A stretch of 64,000 nucleotides of DNA, taken from the human T2T-CHM13v2.0 reference genome, Homo sapiens. Made by a program: the position numbers and the translations under genes. Below the pieces are notes generated by a model that made no database searches, was not told where the DNA came from, and was given only the letters and a program-made list of their open reading frames with translations. Shown one piece after another: positions 13,925 through 26,756 of the stretch (position 1 is the stretch's first letter; each line of letters begins with the position of its first letter). The stretch lies in NCBI RefSeq assembly GCF_009914755.1, contig NC_060932.1; one strand, given 5' to 3'.

Positions 13925-14140
13925 GTCCTTCCTGGGTTCAAATTCTAGTCTTGGCCCTTATTAAAACATGACCCCAATATACTACTTGAATTTTTTGCAC
14001 CTCATTTTGTGTGCTTATGAAATTGGGGTAAATACTTATGCCATAATACTGTTGTTAGGATTAAATTATTTAATATGCCTAAAGTACTTAGAGGATACCT
14101 GACATATCTTAGAGATTAAAGACTAAATAAATATTATTGT
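13925..14140 (+). mobile_element. MIR
   Basis: cctgggttcaaattctag...ggattaaattatttaatatgcctaaagtacttag. Confidence 0.65.
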
Positions 14141-14390
14141 TACACGACTTAGTAAAAATACCCTCTGCTTTGATTCAACAAACCTTTAGTGAGTGCTTTA
14201 TGGAAAGACTTAGAAGAAATAGTTTCTGTAATTAAGGAACACCAGAATTTAATCAGAAAAACAGGCATGTCAATCTAGAGTGGTGAATGATAAAACAGAG
14301 CCATACAGGTTTGGTTCCTATTATCCATTTTAATTTACTGGGATTGTCACAGATTCAGACTGGCCAGATATAGATTGGGATATGAAATAG

Positions 14391-14720
<330 letters not shown>

Positions 14721-14825
14721 GAAGCAATTGTTAAATGTGTCTCTGGCATTTGTGATTAATGCAGCAGTTGTACTTTATAATGTATTATGTTTTAATTTTT
14801 GTTTCTCTAAGCTTTTATTTAACTT

Positions 14826-14854
14826 AATTTATTTATTTATTTATTTATTTATTT
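14826..14854. repeat. (TTTA)n microsatellite
   Basis: atttatttatttatttatttatttattt. Confidence 0.9.
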
Positions 14855-14889
14855 GTAAATAGCCGTGTTTTTAGAGATTTTGCACTAAG

Positions 14890-15280
14890 GTAGCAGCCCA
14901 AAGACAAGGGGTTCGAATGCTCGTGCTGCCACTTCCTGGCTTTGTAACACTGGGTGATCCTCTCTCCACATTAATTCCTCATCTGTGAAATGAGCCCAGC
15001 ACACATCCCCTTTTTGCTGCTCTCAGAGAGAATGAGGACCAAACACAGTAAATGGATGTGCCAGTAGGAGTTAGATTTCAGATACATTCGGGTTTGAATT
15101 CTGACTCTGCCACTTACTAGCTGTGCAAACTTGGCTGAGTGATTCATCTTTCAAAACCTCAGTCTCTTCATCTATGTAATGGAAATAATTATACCTGTCT
15201 TCTAAATATTGCTTTGAGGATTAGTTGAGATTATGTATATAAAAATCCTAGAACATTAGCAAGCTCATAACTCAATTAGC
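14890..15280 (+). mobile_element. Two tandem MIR fragments
   Basis: gggttcgaatgc...ctgccacttcc and gggtttgaattctgactctgccacttactagctgtg cores. Confidence 0.75.
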
Positions 15281-16985
15281 TCTTTTTATTACCTGTTCCT
15301 TTTATTGCAGCTTGGGTAAGAATGTGTCACAGGAATCAAATGAAGAAGCAATCCTGCTTCTGAAATTTACAACAGAGTCACCACAGAAGGAGAAAAAAAA
15401 CCATCTCTGTTTGTGTTTGTCTCCCAGGCTCAGCCAGATGACTTGAGGAACTTTGGAAATGTTAAGAGTTCAAACAAGCAATATGGAAAGACAAAACACC
15501 ACCCCAAATTGTGCCTGTGACACATGCAGAAAGCAGATAAGGCATATCATTTATAATTTAAAAGGGAAGATTTATTAAACTAGATAAGGATCTAGGATTT
15601 ATGATGAATTCTGTTTCTGTTTCTTATCCACCTCCTTTTATGTTTTTAATAATTCACACCTCTAAAGTTACATGGGCTATGTAACTCTCTTTTATTGCCC
15701 AGTCTTTCCTTTCAGAAGACACATAAAACATTGCAAGGATTTGTAGACACTAAGAAACAATAGCAGGAAGCCAGAGAATTTGCCTAAAAATTGAAGCTGA
15801 GTCAAATAGGAAAAGTCCCTGTAACCAAGAGCAACCAGACAGCGTCTATTGTGACTTTGCCACATGAGAGACCCTGTTAAAACACCAAAGCCACCAGTAT
15901 CCAAAACTGTAGAGTTTCTTGAAAAACACACATGAAAAATCATTTCCTGTCTGTCACTGAACTACCAAGTTGCCATAATATTATGTCTCTGGTGTGACTT
16001 TCAATATACATAAACAATTTTGCTTTCTTTTTAAAGTTAACATCACCAACAGTACATTCCCGACTTAAAATGTGGTTATTTTCTCATTTCATACTTATTA
16101 AAATTTTATTTTTTTCTTATAGTTGGAATGTATGTTTTATATATGCATATGAATACATGCAGATTCATGTATATGGACAGCACGGAATTCCAAGGCCGTG
16201 ATGGAAGAAAGCTTAATGTTGTTTTAGTCCAACACTCTCCTTTAATGGATGCAAATACCGAGTCCAGGAGAGGACAATGACTTGCTGAAGGCCTTACAGT
16301 TAGAAGTAGGACATGGACAACCAGATTTTTTTCTTTCTTGTTCTTTTTACCTCTCTACTATATCATAGTGCCTTTTAGACCAGGGTAAAACAAAACAAAA
16401 CAAAACTATAAAAAATAAATAAATAAAACCTACAAAACAGACAGGAATGCCTGAAGGTACAGGGAACATATTTACCATTAGGCTGTTGGAAGCACTGAAG
16501 CTAGAGAGACCACGTGTCCTGTTGTCAGGAGTATTTCAGGTTTACACCTGTTGTGCTTTTGTAATAATCAATAGTGTCCTCATTTACTTTCAAAAATGTG
16601 CTGGTTTGGAGGTTTATATATGGTCACCCTAATTAACACACACGTTTCATGTTGAATGCCAAGATCCACATTTTACTTGCCAAGAATCAGAAAATGTATT
16701 CTAAAACTTGTCTTCCTATAAGAAAATATACAAACTCTGTCACAAAAGTTGGGATTTTGAAAAGTGGGCGGGTAACACTATGTACTTGAAAATGAGTAAG
16801 ACCATGTGGAATGGACCAAAGATGAGCTAGCTTTGGCCCAAAAGACTGAAGACACAAGTGTAGTTTTGCAAGGTGTATTCAATAAGAATTGTGGCTCTGT
16901 TTTTATTTTTGCTCGTTTTTAACAAACAAAATGAAAATATATGAAAGAGTAGTAAAGTGATGCTGTAATTGAAAAAAACATAACT

Positions 16986-17281
16986 GGGCGGGCATGGTGG
17001 CTTATGCCTGTAATCCCAGCACTTTGGGAGGCCAGCGGGAGGGCGGGGGCATGGATCGTTTCAGGCCAGGAGTTCGAAACCAGCCTGGCCAACATGATGA
17101 AACCTCATCTGTACTAAAAATATGAAAATTAGCCAGGCGTGGTGGCTCACGTCTGTAATCCTAGCTACTCGGGGAAATGAGGCAGGAGAATCACTTGAAC
17201 CCAGGAGGCAGAGGATGCAGTGAGCCGAGATCGCACCAGCATGGATGACAGAGTGAGACTGTCTCCAAAAAAAAAAAAAAG
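16986..17281 (+). mobile_element. AluS with a G-rich insertion in the left arm and a short deletion in the right arm
   Basis: Dimeric Alu; gcgggagggcgggggc at 17034-17050; polyA at 17267-17280. Confidence 0.92.
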
Positions 17282-20200
17282 AAACCACAACTGAGAGTTG
17301 AGATGCAAGTGCAGTTCTTAGCAAAGTGTGTCTTAAGGCGAGTTGGTATATTTCTCTGGGCTCTATCTTTTCTGTCATCTATAAAATAAAGGGAATGAAT
17401 TAGACTATCTCTTTCTTTCCAGTTCTAATTTTAGACTCCCATGTTCTTATTAATAAATTTCCACAATTTTTTCCTTCCCTTGGAATATGTATTACCTATT
17501 AATCCACTAATTACTCCCAAATTCTTGATGATACAAGTATTTCCTCAGAAATTTCAGAAGGGATGAGAAATAAGTAACGTAAAGAATTATCTCCTCCTGG
17601 GATTGACCTCCGGCATTAATACAATGTAACAAAATAAGGTGGGAACAAAGAGGGTCCATCTCTTCATTCCAGTGTCCTGGCTCAGACAAATGTCACTTAT
17701 ATGTCTCATGTTCTATTTTATCAGTTCAGTGGCAAACCAAGACTCTGCATATAGGTGTGGAATGGGTAAAATAGAAAAATGTGGCATGACCAATTGGCTG
17801 AATGTGGCTTTCTCCCCAACTGGTTCAGCCCACAGCACAGCAGCTCATACTGACAATAGAGAAAGCTGAAACAATGGGATTAGATATGGTATAACTTTAC
17901 TTGATGACATGAATAGGCGTAGCTTCATTTTTCTAGTGTTGATTGCTGAATTTTAATAAGTCCAAAGGTCAATTACTTTTTGACTGCTTATATGGAGAGA
18001 AAACTGATATCTAGGGAAGGTTGATTGTATTATTCTTTCTGCACACATAACAAGTTGATTTTCTACTTATAGAGAATGTTTTTAATTAGTGTTTGAATTG
18101 TGCATTAAAATTAGGCTTCTATAAATAGTAAGCAGATGTGATATTTTATACCTTAAAATTCAAAACTTTTTTTCTCCCTCATTTGATGAATTCTAACCCA
18201 TAGCCCTCTGTTTACATGTTTGCTATTTTGGTTCTGTGTAATTCTAGAAATAACTAGTTTCAGACAGTTATGGTTTAGTGAACGTGGGGAATTGCTTTAG
18301 CTAAAATTATTGTTGCTTGTTTCTAAAACTCCTACAGAATAAATCTACGGTCTTTGGAAAAGCAGAAGTTATTTCCAATGACACATACTATTTGCTGAAA
18401 ATTTACGGTAGATTGACTCATGCATCTTTGCATTGTACTTAGATTAAAATTCTATAGCTTTGGTTGAGGGGTAGATGTGTCAGTGGCCTCGCTGTGGCTT
18501 AACAGTTTGTTTTGATAGGACAGAGAAAGATTACCTAATTATAGGAGGCTCATTATTGGTTCTGAAGGAGGAAAAAAGTCATCTCAACATTGATTTCTTC
18601 TGGAAATGAATCATGCAGTTGTATAACTTTTAGCACCACTGTCTGTCTCCATTTGTGATCTTTTTTTTTCTCTTTTAGTTAATGTGAAGTTTGTCATTTC
18701 AAATAATGTCTGATGTCTGGCTCTAGGCTATTTGTAGATTTATCCTACTCAACGTGTGTCACTCATCTTTGTTTAGAATCTGCAACCTTCATCCTAGCAA
18801 CCTCTTTTTATTTTATCCTTGCTTTTGCTTCATTGGTGGCTCTATACAGATTATAATGGACTCTTGCAGTAAGACTATGATTAATGGTAGGTATCATAAG
18901 TCCATAAATGTACAGTAAATTGAAATTCTTGACATGAATTTATCATCCAGATAAATATTGGCTGCATCTTATTTCAACAGATGCTTTACCCATATTTTAT
19001 GGTAGCTAACCCATCCTTTTAGCAGTGCCTCTTAAAGAAACTATAGAAAGTTCAAGTGTTTCACTCCACACATTTAATCTCTGAGTTGAAGCTGGAGCCA
19101 TCAGAATTCTTCCAAATGTGAAAAAAATAAGCCCTGGAATTCCAAATGATTATAATCTTTATTTTAGTCTTTCTTGATTTTCATGTGATGTTTACTTTGT
19201 GTATCTGCTTGCACACAAACAAACAAAAAATGGATTCCAGCATGGTGTTGCCTATTTAGGAATCAAATTTTATCTAAACATGATCATGACCCATAAACTA
19301 TCTTCCTACGGTCTCATAGGCTAGTCGGTGGTCCTAATATACACTGAACAACAGAATTTTCTATCTCACCTTTAGATTTAATGTGAAGTAACCAGCATGA
19401 ATTTTCAAGAACTCAGCTAAGAATGTGATGAGGCCTTAGGAAAAACATACCCTTGCAAAATCCCTAAATGCTGACAACTCTCTTAAGTAATTCAGCACTT
19501 CTACCTTGAACTCTATTCAAAAATGTATTTTTTGGAATATAAACCAACAGATGTTAAAGGGTACCATCTCAAAAGAAATAATACATCATTATCATAAAGG
19601 AGCAGCCACCCTCAAATAAAAGCGTATTTGTATCTGTAGAAGGTAAACAATTTGAGTACATCTGAGCTTTGGTGAAACTGGTTTACCACTTTAACTCTCT
19701 TGCCACATGGGTAATGGATCAAGCAGCCAGAAAATCATGGACTCATTTCAACTGTGGAAGTTCAGGGCGCAACTCCAAGCCAAAAGTGTGGCCATGGCCA
19801 GCTGTCTCAAGCCTCTATGTGTACTCAGTAACCAATAGTATGTTACAACATATGCTGTGTCAATCTAGCCATTAGCCTTCCAGACCAAGTTAGGAGGGTT
19901 TTTATTGCATTTGGTGCACTGACAAGGAAGCTTTGATTGTATTTTATGGGTCAGGAAGTAGAAAGGCACAAAGACTAAAGATGAAAATACAATTTAGACT
20001 TTTCACTTTCAGGCTCATAATAGTAATCTATTCATGTTTGTCTCCTTTTAGAACTAACCTATATTTAATATGTAAATGCAGGTAATTATAGTAAAAACCA
20101 ATTAGTAAAAACATAGCTCTCAGTAATAAAGCAAATAAATGGAAAGTCTGAAATGCCCTCTCTTATTAAAAAAAAACCTGAGAGAATTATAAGAAAAACA

Positions 20201-20439
20201 GGCTTATCTCAGTTGTTAGACAAATCTGATTTTCAAGATAAATTCTAGAGTTTGAAAAAATTTAATCTTTCTCTCTCTATATATATGTATGCTACTGTAG
20301 AATAAGAACCATCAGTCTATATGATAACCCCCAATCCTTGGGTACTCAATCATCAAAGAAAAAAATTATTATTTAACATACTTATTTACTAAAGCAGAAG
20401 AATAGCATAAGAGTATTTGAAAAGTTGGGGGTTTTTTAA

Positions 20440-21685
20440 ATTATCTTTTTCCAGCTTTTATTTTAGATACAGAAAGTACATGTGCAGGTTTGTTACCTGG
20501 ATATATTGCATTCAGGTATTAAGCCTAGTACCCAATAGGTAATTTTTCAATCCATGCCCCACTTCCTCCTTCCCCGCCTCTAGCAGTCTGCAGTGTCTAT
20601 TGTTCCCATGTTTATGTCTGTGCCTGATCAATGTTTAGCTCCCACTTATAAATGACAACATGTGGATTTGGTTTTCTGTTCCTGCATTAACTCGCTTAGA
20701 ATTATAATCTACAGCTCCATCCATGTTGCCGCACAGGACATAATTTTATTCTTTTTTACAGAGTGTTCTGTAGATGTCTATTCATTCCAGTTGGTCAAGT
20801 GTCAAGTTTAAATCCAGAATTTGTCAGTTTTATGACTTGATAATCTAACATTGTCAGTGGGACATTGACGCCTCCCACTGTTATTGTGTGGTTGTCTAAG
20901 TCTTTTTATAGGTGAAGAACTTGTATTATGAATCTGGGTGCTCCAATGTTGGATGTACATATTTAGGATGGTTAAGTTTTCTTTTTGGATTTTATCTTTT
21001 ATTATTATGTAATATCCTTTTTTTGTCCTTCTTAATTTTCATTGGTTTAAAATCTGTTTTATCTGTTATAAGAATAGTGACTCCTGCTCTTTTCTGTTTT
21101 CTGTTTTTATGGTAGATCTTAATCCATCCCCCGACTTGGAGCCTGTGGGTGTTGTTACATGTAAGATGGGTCTCTTGAAGACAGCAGAGGGTTGGGGCTT
21201 CTCTTTTTATCCAGCTTGCCACTCTATAGCTTTTAAATGGGGCATTTAGCCCATTTACATTCAGGATTAATATTGATATGTGAGATCTCAATCCTGCCAT
21301 GTTGTCAGCTGGTTGTTATGCAGGCTTGATTATGTGATTGCTTTATAGTGCTTGTGGGCTATGGGTTTAAGTGTGTTTTTGTGGTAGCAGGTACAGTTCC
21401 TTTGGTTCCATGTTTAGCACTCCCTTAAGGACCTCTTATAAGGCTGGTCTTGTTGAAATGTATTCCCTCAGCATTTGTTTGTCTGAGAAGGATTTTATTT
21501 CTCCTTCCCTTATGAAGCTTAGTTTTCCAGAATATGAAATTCTTGGTTGGAATTTCTTTTATTTAAGCATGCTAAAAATAGTCCCCCAATCTCTTCTGAC
21601 TTGTAAAGCTTCTACTGAGAGGTCTGCTGCTATCCTAACGGGTTTCCCTCTGTACATGACTTGATCTTTCTCTCTAGCTGCCTTT
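20440..21685 (-). mobile_element. Internally deleted L1 (old L1PA/L1PB): ORF1 end + ORF2 endonuclease fused to the 3' end
   Basis: ORF 20992-21300(-) ISILILNVNGLN...CCLQETHL...RAGVTILITDKTDFKP is the L1 ORF2 APE endonuclease; 20445-20758 is L1 3'UTR. Confidence 0.9.
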
Positions 21686-21822
21686 ACATTGGTTTTTAAC
21701 AGAGAGAAATTCTCAAACTCAAACATTAAGTCTTATTCACTGTATTACCACTAGGGATTAGGTACATTCATAACATACAGTAGGTTCACCTAAATTCCTG
21801 ATGAAGCATAGGTATTTTCTTT

Positions 21823-21823
<1 letters not shown>

Positions 21824-21856
<33 letters not shown>

Positions 21857-22136
21857 AGATGGAGTCTCGCTCCATCGCCTAGGCTGGAGTGCCGTGGCGC
21901 AATCTGGGCTCACTGCAGGCTTCGCCTCCAGGGTTCACGCCATTCTCCTGCCCCAGCCTCCTAAGTAGCTGGGACTATAGGCGCCCACCACCACACCCGG
22001 CTAATTTTTTGTATTTTTAGTAGAGACGAGGTTTCACCGTGTTAGCCAGGATTGTCTCAATCTCCTGACCTCGTGATCCACTTGCCTTGGCCTCCCAAAG
22101 TGCTGGGATTACAGGCGTGAGCCACCTCGCCTGGCT
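21824..22136 (-). mobile_element. AluY
   Basis: Long polyT; accgtgttagccagg and tgacctcgtgatcc diagnostics; 13-bp TSD ggtattttctttt at 21811-21823 and 22137-22149. Confidence 0.95.
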
Positions 22137-22399
22137 GGTATTTTCTTTTAACACTTATTATAGGCTACATTATTGGTTCTGAAAGAGGAACATTAAGTCA
22201 TCTTACCTGATTTCACCTGCAAATGAATCATACTATAAATCATACTATAACTTCTATCACTACTGTCTGTCTCCATTAATGATGAGGGAATTCAATTATC
22301 TAAAAATTCAATTTTCCCTATTTTGGGGGGAATACAGTATTGCTATGGCTGAACAAGCTATTAGGAGGAGAGTTAATATGGCTTTGAGGCTGAAGTTCA

Positions 22400-22575
22400 G
22401 ACTGAAGTTGATTGCCTGTTCTCATGTTCCAGGACACCATCATTAGCCATGAAACCTTGGACAAGTCACCTAACTTCAAAGCAACTCTTTCCTGGTAATA
22501 ATAGTCCCTACTTGGCTTTATGTGAGAATTTAGTTCATACATGTAAAGTACTTGCAACATGAATGTTCCCTAGTA
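22400..22575 (+). mobile_element. MIR
   Basis: accttggacaagtcacctaac...atgtaaagtacttgcaaca. Confidence 0.6.
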
Positions 22576-23739
22576 CTTCATAAGTTTCACCTACTTTATT
22601 TTGTATGAGATTATCGAAGATAAAGCCCTCTTGAAAGGCTCTTGTAATTTATAACTTTTAAGAATATCCATAGTAACCAAACAGAAAATAACTGACTTTT
22701 CACTTTAGTAGGTTCCTGAATGTCAAGGAAAAAAATAAATAAGGTTCATTTGGCCTACAAAATTTTGGTTTAATTTTAAACCCACAGCTACCTATTGAAA
22801 TCAACTTATGGCAGCCTTAAAGTGATATGATTTCTTCAGAAGTGGGTCAGTAAAGAGATTTTCTATTTCAAGAGAATCTTATAAATCACCAGATAAAGAC
22901 TATGAGAAACAGCATATACACACTTATAGTCTGATTAAATATCTGGATGGATATTCTTTCTTGGGAAAAAAGTTCTATATTTTATGGCTTGGTAATTTAT
23001 TCTACTTTAGTAAAGCTGTTATCTTTTAAGACAACACAAAATTGAATGAATATATCATTCTAAGTACAACTCATGTGGAAAAAATGTATATTTTTGGAGA
23101 TAAAAAGGCAGATAAATCAATCCACATCTTGGTTACTGATGCAAAGGAAGTCTGCCACTGTGGAAATATATGTCAGTGATTCTGTCCTAAAATTACTGAC
23201 ATGTTTATAGAATGGGCCTGAGGAGGCCAAGTTCATATGCTCATTGCCTGTGTAAGTTAAGTAGCTGTGATCTGTCCATAACTCCTACACTGCTCCCTAT
23301 TTAATTAAGCCAATTGATTTTTCATACATCTAAAAAATTCTGCGAAGTCTTACCACCAACGAGAAGGCTAAACTATTAATACTCCAGCTCAGGATGTACT
23401 AGAGCAAAAGAGAAAAGTGACTGATTTTTTTAAATGAATTAGTCCTTACTTCTATCCTCTTTCTAAAGCTAAGTATTTAAGTGAAACAGGGATGTCTTAT
23501 AGAACTATTGACTAAAACTAGTTTCCAAGTTAGAGGTGTGAGATTTAAAAAAAAATGGACATGAAAGTTGTGTAATAAAATAAAATTTAAGAATGTAATC
23601 AATTTTCAAAATTGAATAAATAAAAGCATGAATTATAAATAATGTACCCACTTATTGCTTTTCCTAGATTACTGTTTCATGTGATATTTGGATTACAACT
23701 AACTTCCTTTTTTAGTGATAAAATCACCAATATAGCAAA

Positions 23740-24035
23740 TTAGAAAATCTAAATTCAAGTCCCTATGATTCCCAACAATCTGGCTGAGGGCAAATCTTTT
23801 AACCTTCCTGAGCCTCAGTTACTGTATTTTTAAAGTGAAGGTTTTTATGAAGAAGATGGAGATAATTTATCTATTGAAAATGTTACCAATGTTTAAACAG
23901 CAACAAAAATATCCTGCCTGGGGGACCAAAGTGTAAGTCTGAGACTTGATCACAAGCAAGAGCGCCTGGCACACAGATGGGGCTGAATCACTGTTCACAG
24001 AATGCTCATTAACGCATGAATGAATCAATGAATAC
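23740..24035 (+). mobile_element. MIR/L2 fragments
   Basis: aaccttcctgagcctcagttt; gcctggcacacag...atgaatgaatcaatgaat. Confidence 0.55.
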
Positions 24036-24264
24036 GCAGTAGATAAAAGATTGTGAAACTTAACCACGGCATGAGGAAAGAAAATAAAAACAATGAAAAG
24101 CTCATACCATATTAATAGAGACTGTGATTCATTTTGAAGGGTGATGACATTTAAATTTTCAGTTTCTTAAATGTATAACATACACAGTTTTTAACACGTT
24201 GAAGGAATGTGGCAAGCGATAAAGTTAAAGATTCTGAATCTAGTAACAGAGGGTAGAGAGAGAT

Positions 24265-24400
24265 GCTCAGACTCAGCTTAGATTCAGGCTTTGGGGCTTG
24301 AATCCTAGCTCTGCACCTCAATTGCTGTGCGATATGAGGCAAATCACTTAAACACTCTGTCTCACTTTTTTCATATTTAAAAAAATGAGAATGCTAAAAG
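24265..24400 (+). mobile_element. MIR
   Basis: ggcttgaatcctagctctgcac...ggcaaatcacttaaac. Confidence 0.7.
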
Positions 24401-26225
24401 TTTTATTATGGCATACCAAATGTCAAAAGAGATAGCCAAGATAGTAAAATGAATGACCTTTCTGGGGTAACTTTATTAGCCCCTGAGTACCTGGTGATAG
24501 AAAATACACCAGGATGGCAAAATTTCTGTAAATATTACCATCTACAAGATTATTAAAAATATCGAAGTTTCTCATTCTTAAGCAAAATTCATTTGTCATG
24601 GTGATTGTAAAGCATTTTAGCCAATAGGGTTTTAGCAACATTCTGTAATTTTAGCTTGAGTTTGCAAAACACATGCATTTTTTATAGGAGGTCAGGCAGT
24701 AGCCAAATTATGAAAAATGGTAGCAGCACCAAGTCTTTGCATATACTGACCTCTCACAAAGATCACGTTAATGCCACCAAGACAGTGTTGCTGGGGAAGA
24801 GTTATTACAGGTCCTTTCAGCCAGTTAAGTATTTTAGGACTTAAAATGACAACTCCTGCCATTACCCAAGGCATTATCTCATTGAATTTTTAAAGCTACC
24901 ATAGCTATCATTACTGGCCTTAATTTCTAAGATCTGAATTCAATTTCCAGTTGTGGCATTTGTTAGTTATACAAATTCATTATGTCCTCTTAAAGTTCCC
25001 CATGTCTCCATTGACTCACAGAAGAATGAGATCCTCAGATAAAAATAATATCTGTGGAATAAATTATTAACAGTCAAGCAAGCCCGCCCTCTCCCAAGGC
25101 TAGTTGGTGATGTTGTTTCTGTGCCATTCTATCTTCAGGGAAGAGAAAAATAAGAATTATTACATTCTAACTGAAAGACTTGTTGCTGGTGGCAATATTT
25201 GTCTTAAGGAAAAAGTATTTTATTTTAGAACTTATTAACAAATTTAGTTGAAGGCAAACAAGCAAGAGAGCTAAAATCTCTGCAAAGTGAAAATAAAACA
25301 ACAAAAAGATTTTAGAGTTTCTTTGGCAGCCAAAGAGAGCCGGAGAGGAAGGGAATCTGGGAACCAAGAAGAGAGGGGAAGGCATAAAATTCCAGAGAAA
25401 AACGTGGAGGAGGAAAGTCCTGAGCGAAGACGGCAAAGAGGAAATTCCTAGTGTGATACTGGCTAGAGAATTCTGATGAGCAGGAATGCCTCCTACTCAA
25501 TTTTAAGTGGTTTGATTTGATGTGCTCTACAATAATAACTCTGTTATCCTCAACACTTCAGTGGAAAAATGCTGCATAAAACTGCTTTATATTGGGATGC
25601 TTCAGGGAAACCGTAAAAGGGGGGACTATGTTCTATCTGTGGGTGAGAGCAGGTTGGAGAGGTGAAATGAGCTGCAGGAAGAGAGGGTCAAGATGCTAAA
25701 AAGAGATGAGCAGCAGTGAATAGGAAATAAGTCTTCAGGAATTCTCAGCAATCTTAGTAAGGGCAATACGCTAGCAAAGTTTGCAAGGCAGAAGCTCAAG
25801 GCTGTTTCATTTAAGGATGAAAGAGCATTATTACTCCTCAAAGCAGGAACACTTGAGTACCCGAAGGTGTCTGGCACCTGGCTTCCACATTTCCTAACAT
25901 ACACAGTGTGAAGGATTGCATTTGAGTTAGTGAGCAATAGTTCTTAGCAGGTGCTGTGCAGTGAACAATCAGGGTTTAAATCCTCACTTCACTACTTTCC
26001 TCTGAAACATGAAGTCAGTTACTAAACTCTTCTAAAGTCCATTCTCCATTTGTGTCTCCAGATGGTAACAGTGCCTCTCAGGATTGTAGGCAATTAAAAA
26101 AAAAGGTGGGGGGGGCTTATTTCTAAAGATCTCTAATATGATAGCTTGCACACAGTTAAACTTACAAAATAATCTTCATTCTTTCCTTCAGTTCTTGATT
26201 TAGTCTGTTGACTTCAAATAATTTA

Positions 26226-26756
26226 CAGTATTCCCTTCTTTATCCACGGGGGATACATTCCAATTGGATACTTGAAACCGTGGATAGTATTGAACCCTAT
26301 ATATACTATGTTTTTTTCTATACATACATAGCTATGATAAAATTTAATTTATAAATTAGGCACAGTAAGAGCTTAACAGCAACTAATAATAAAATGGAAC
26401 AATTAAAACAACATGTCAGCATCACTATTCTTGTACTTTGGAGCCATGATTTAGTACAATAAGCGTTACTTGGACACAAGCTCTGCAATATTACAACAGT
26501 ATCTCTCATCTCCAAGATGACTACTAAGTGACTAACGACCAGGTAGCTAGTCAGAATGGATAGGCTGGACAAAGGAGGGATTCATGTCCCAGGCAGAATA
26601 GAGTAGGATGATATGAGATTTCATCATGCTACTCAGATGGCACCCAATTTAAAAACCTATGAATTGCTTATTTCTGGAATTTTCCATTTAATATTTTCAG
26701 ACTACTGTTGAACTGAAACCATTGAAAGTGAAACTGCAGATAAGAGGAGACTACTG
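26226..26756 (-). mobile_element. MER44 (Tigger/TcMar) DNA transposon, MER44B-sized
   Basis: Terminal inverted repeats cagtattcccttctttatccac / gcagataagaggagactactg; TA target duplication on both sides; 531 bp. Confidence 0.88.

Noticed and set aside
20992-21300. Endonuclease-like 102-aa ORF
   Set aside because: Frameshifted L1 ORF2 remnant; not an intact or novel nuclease
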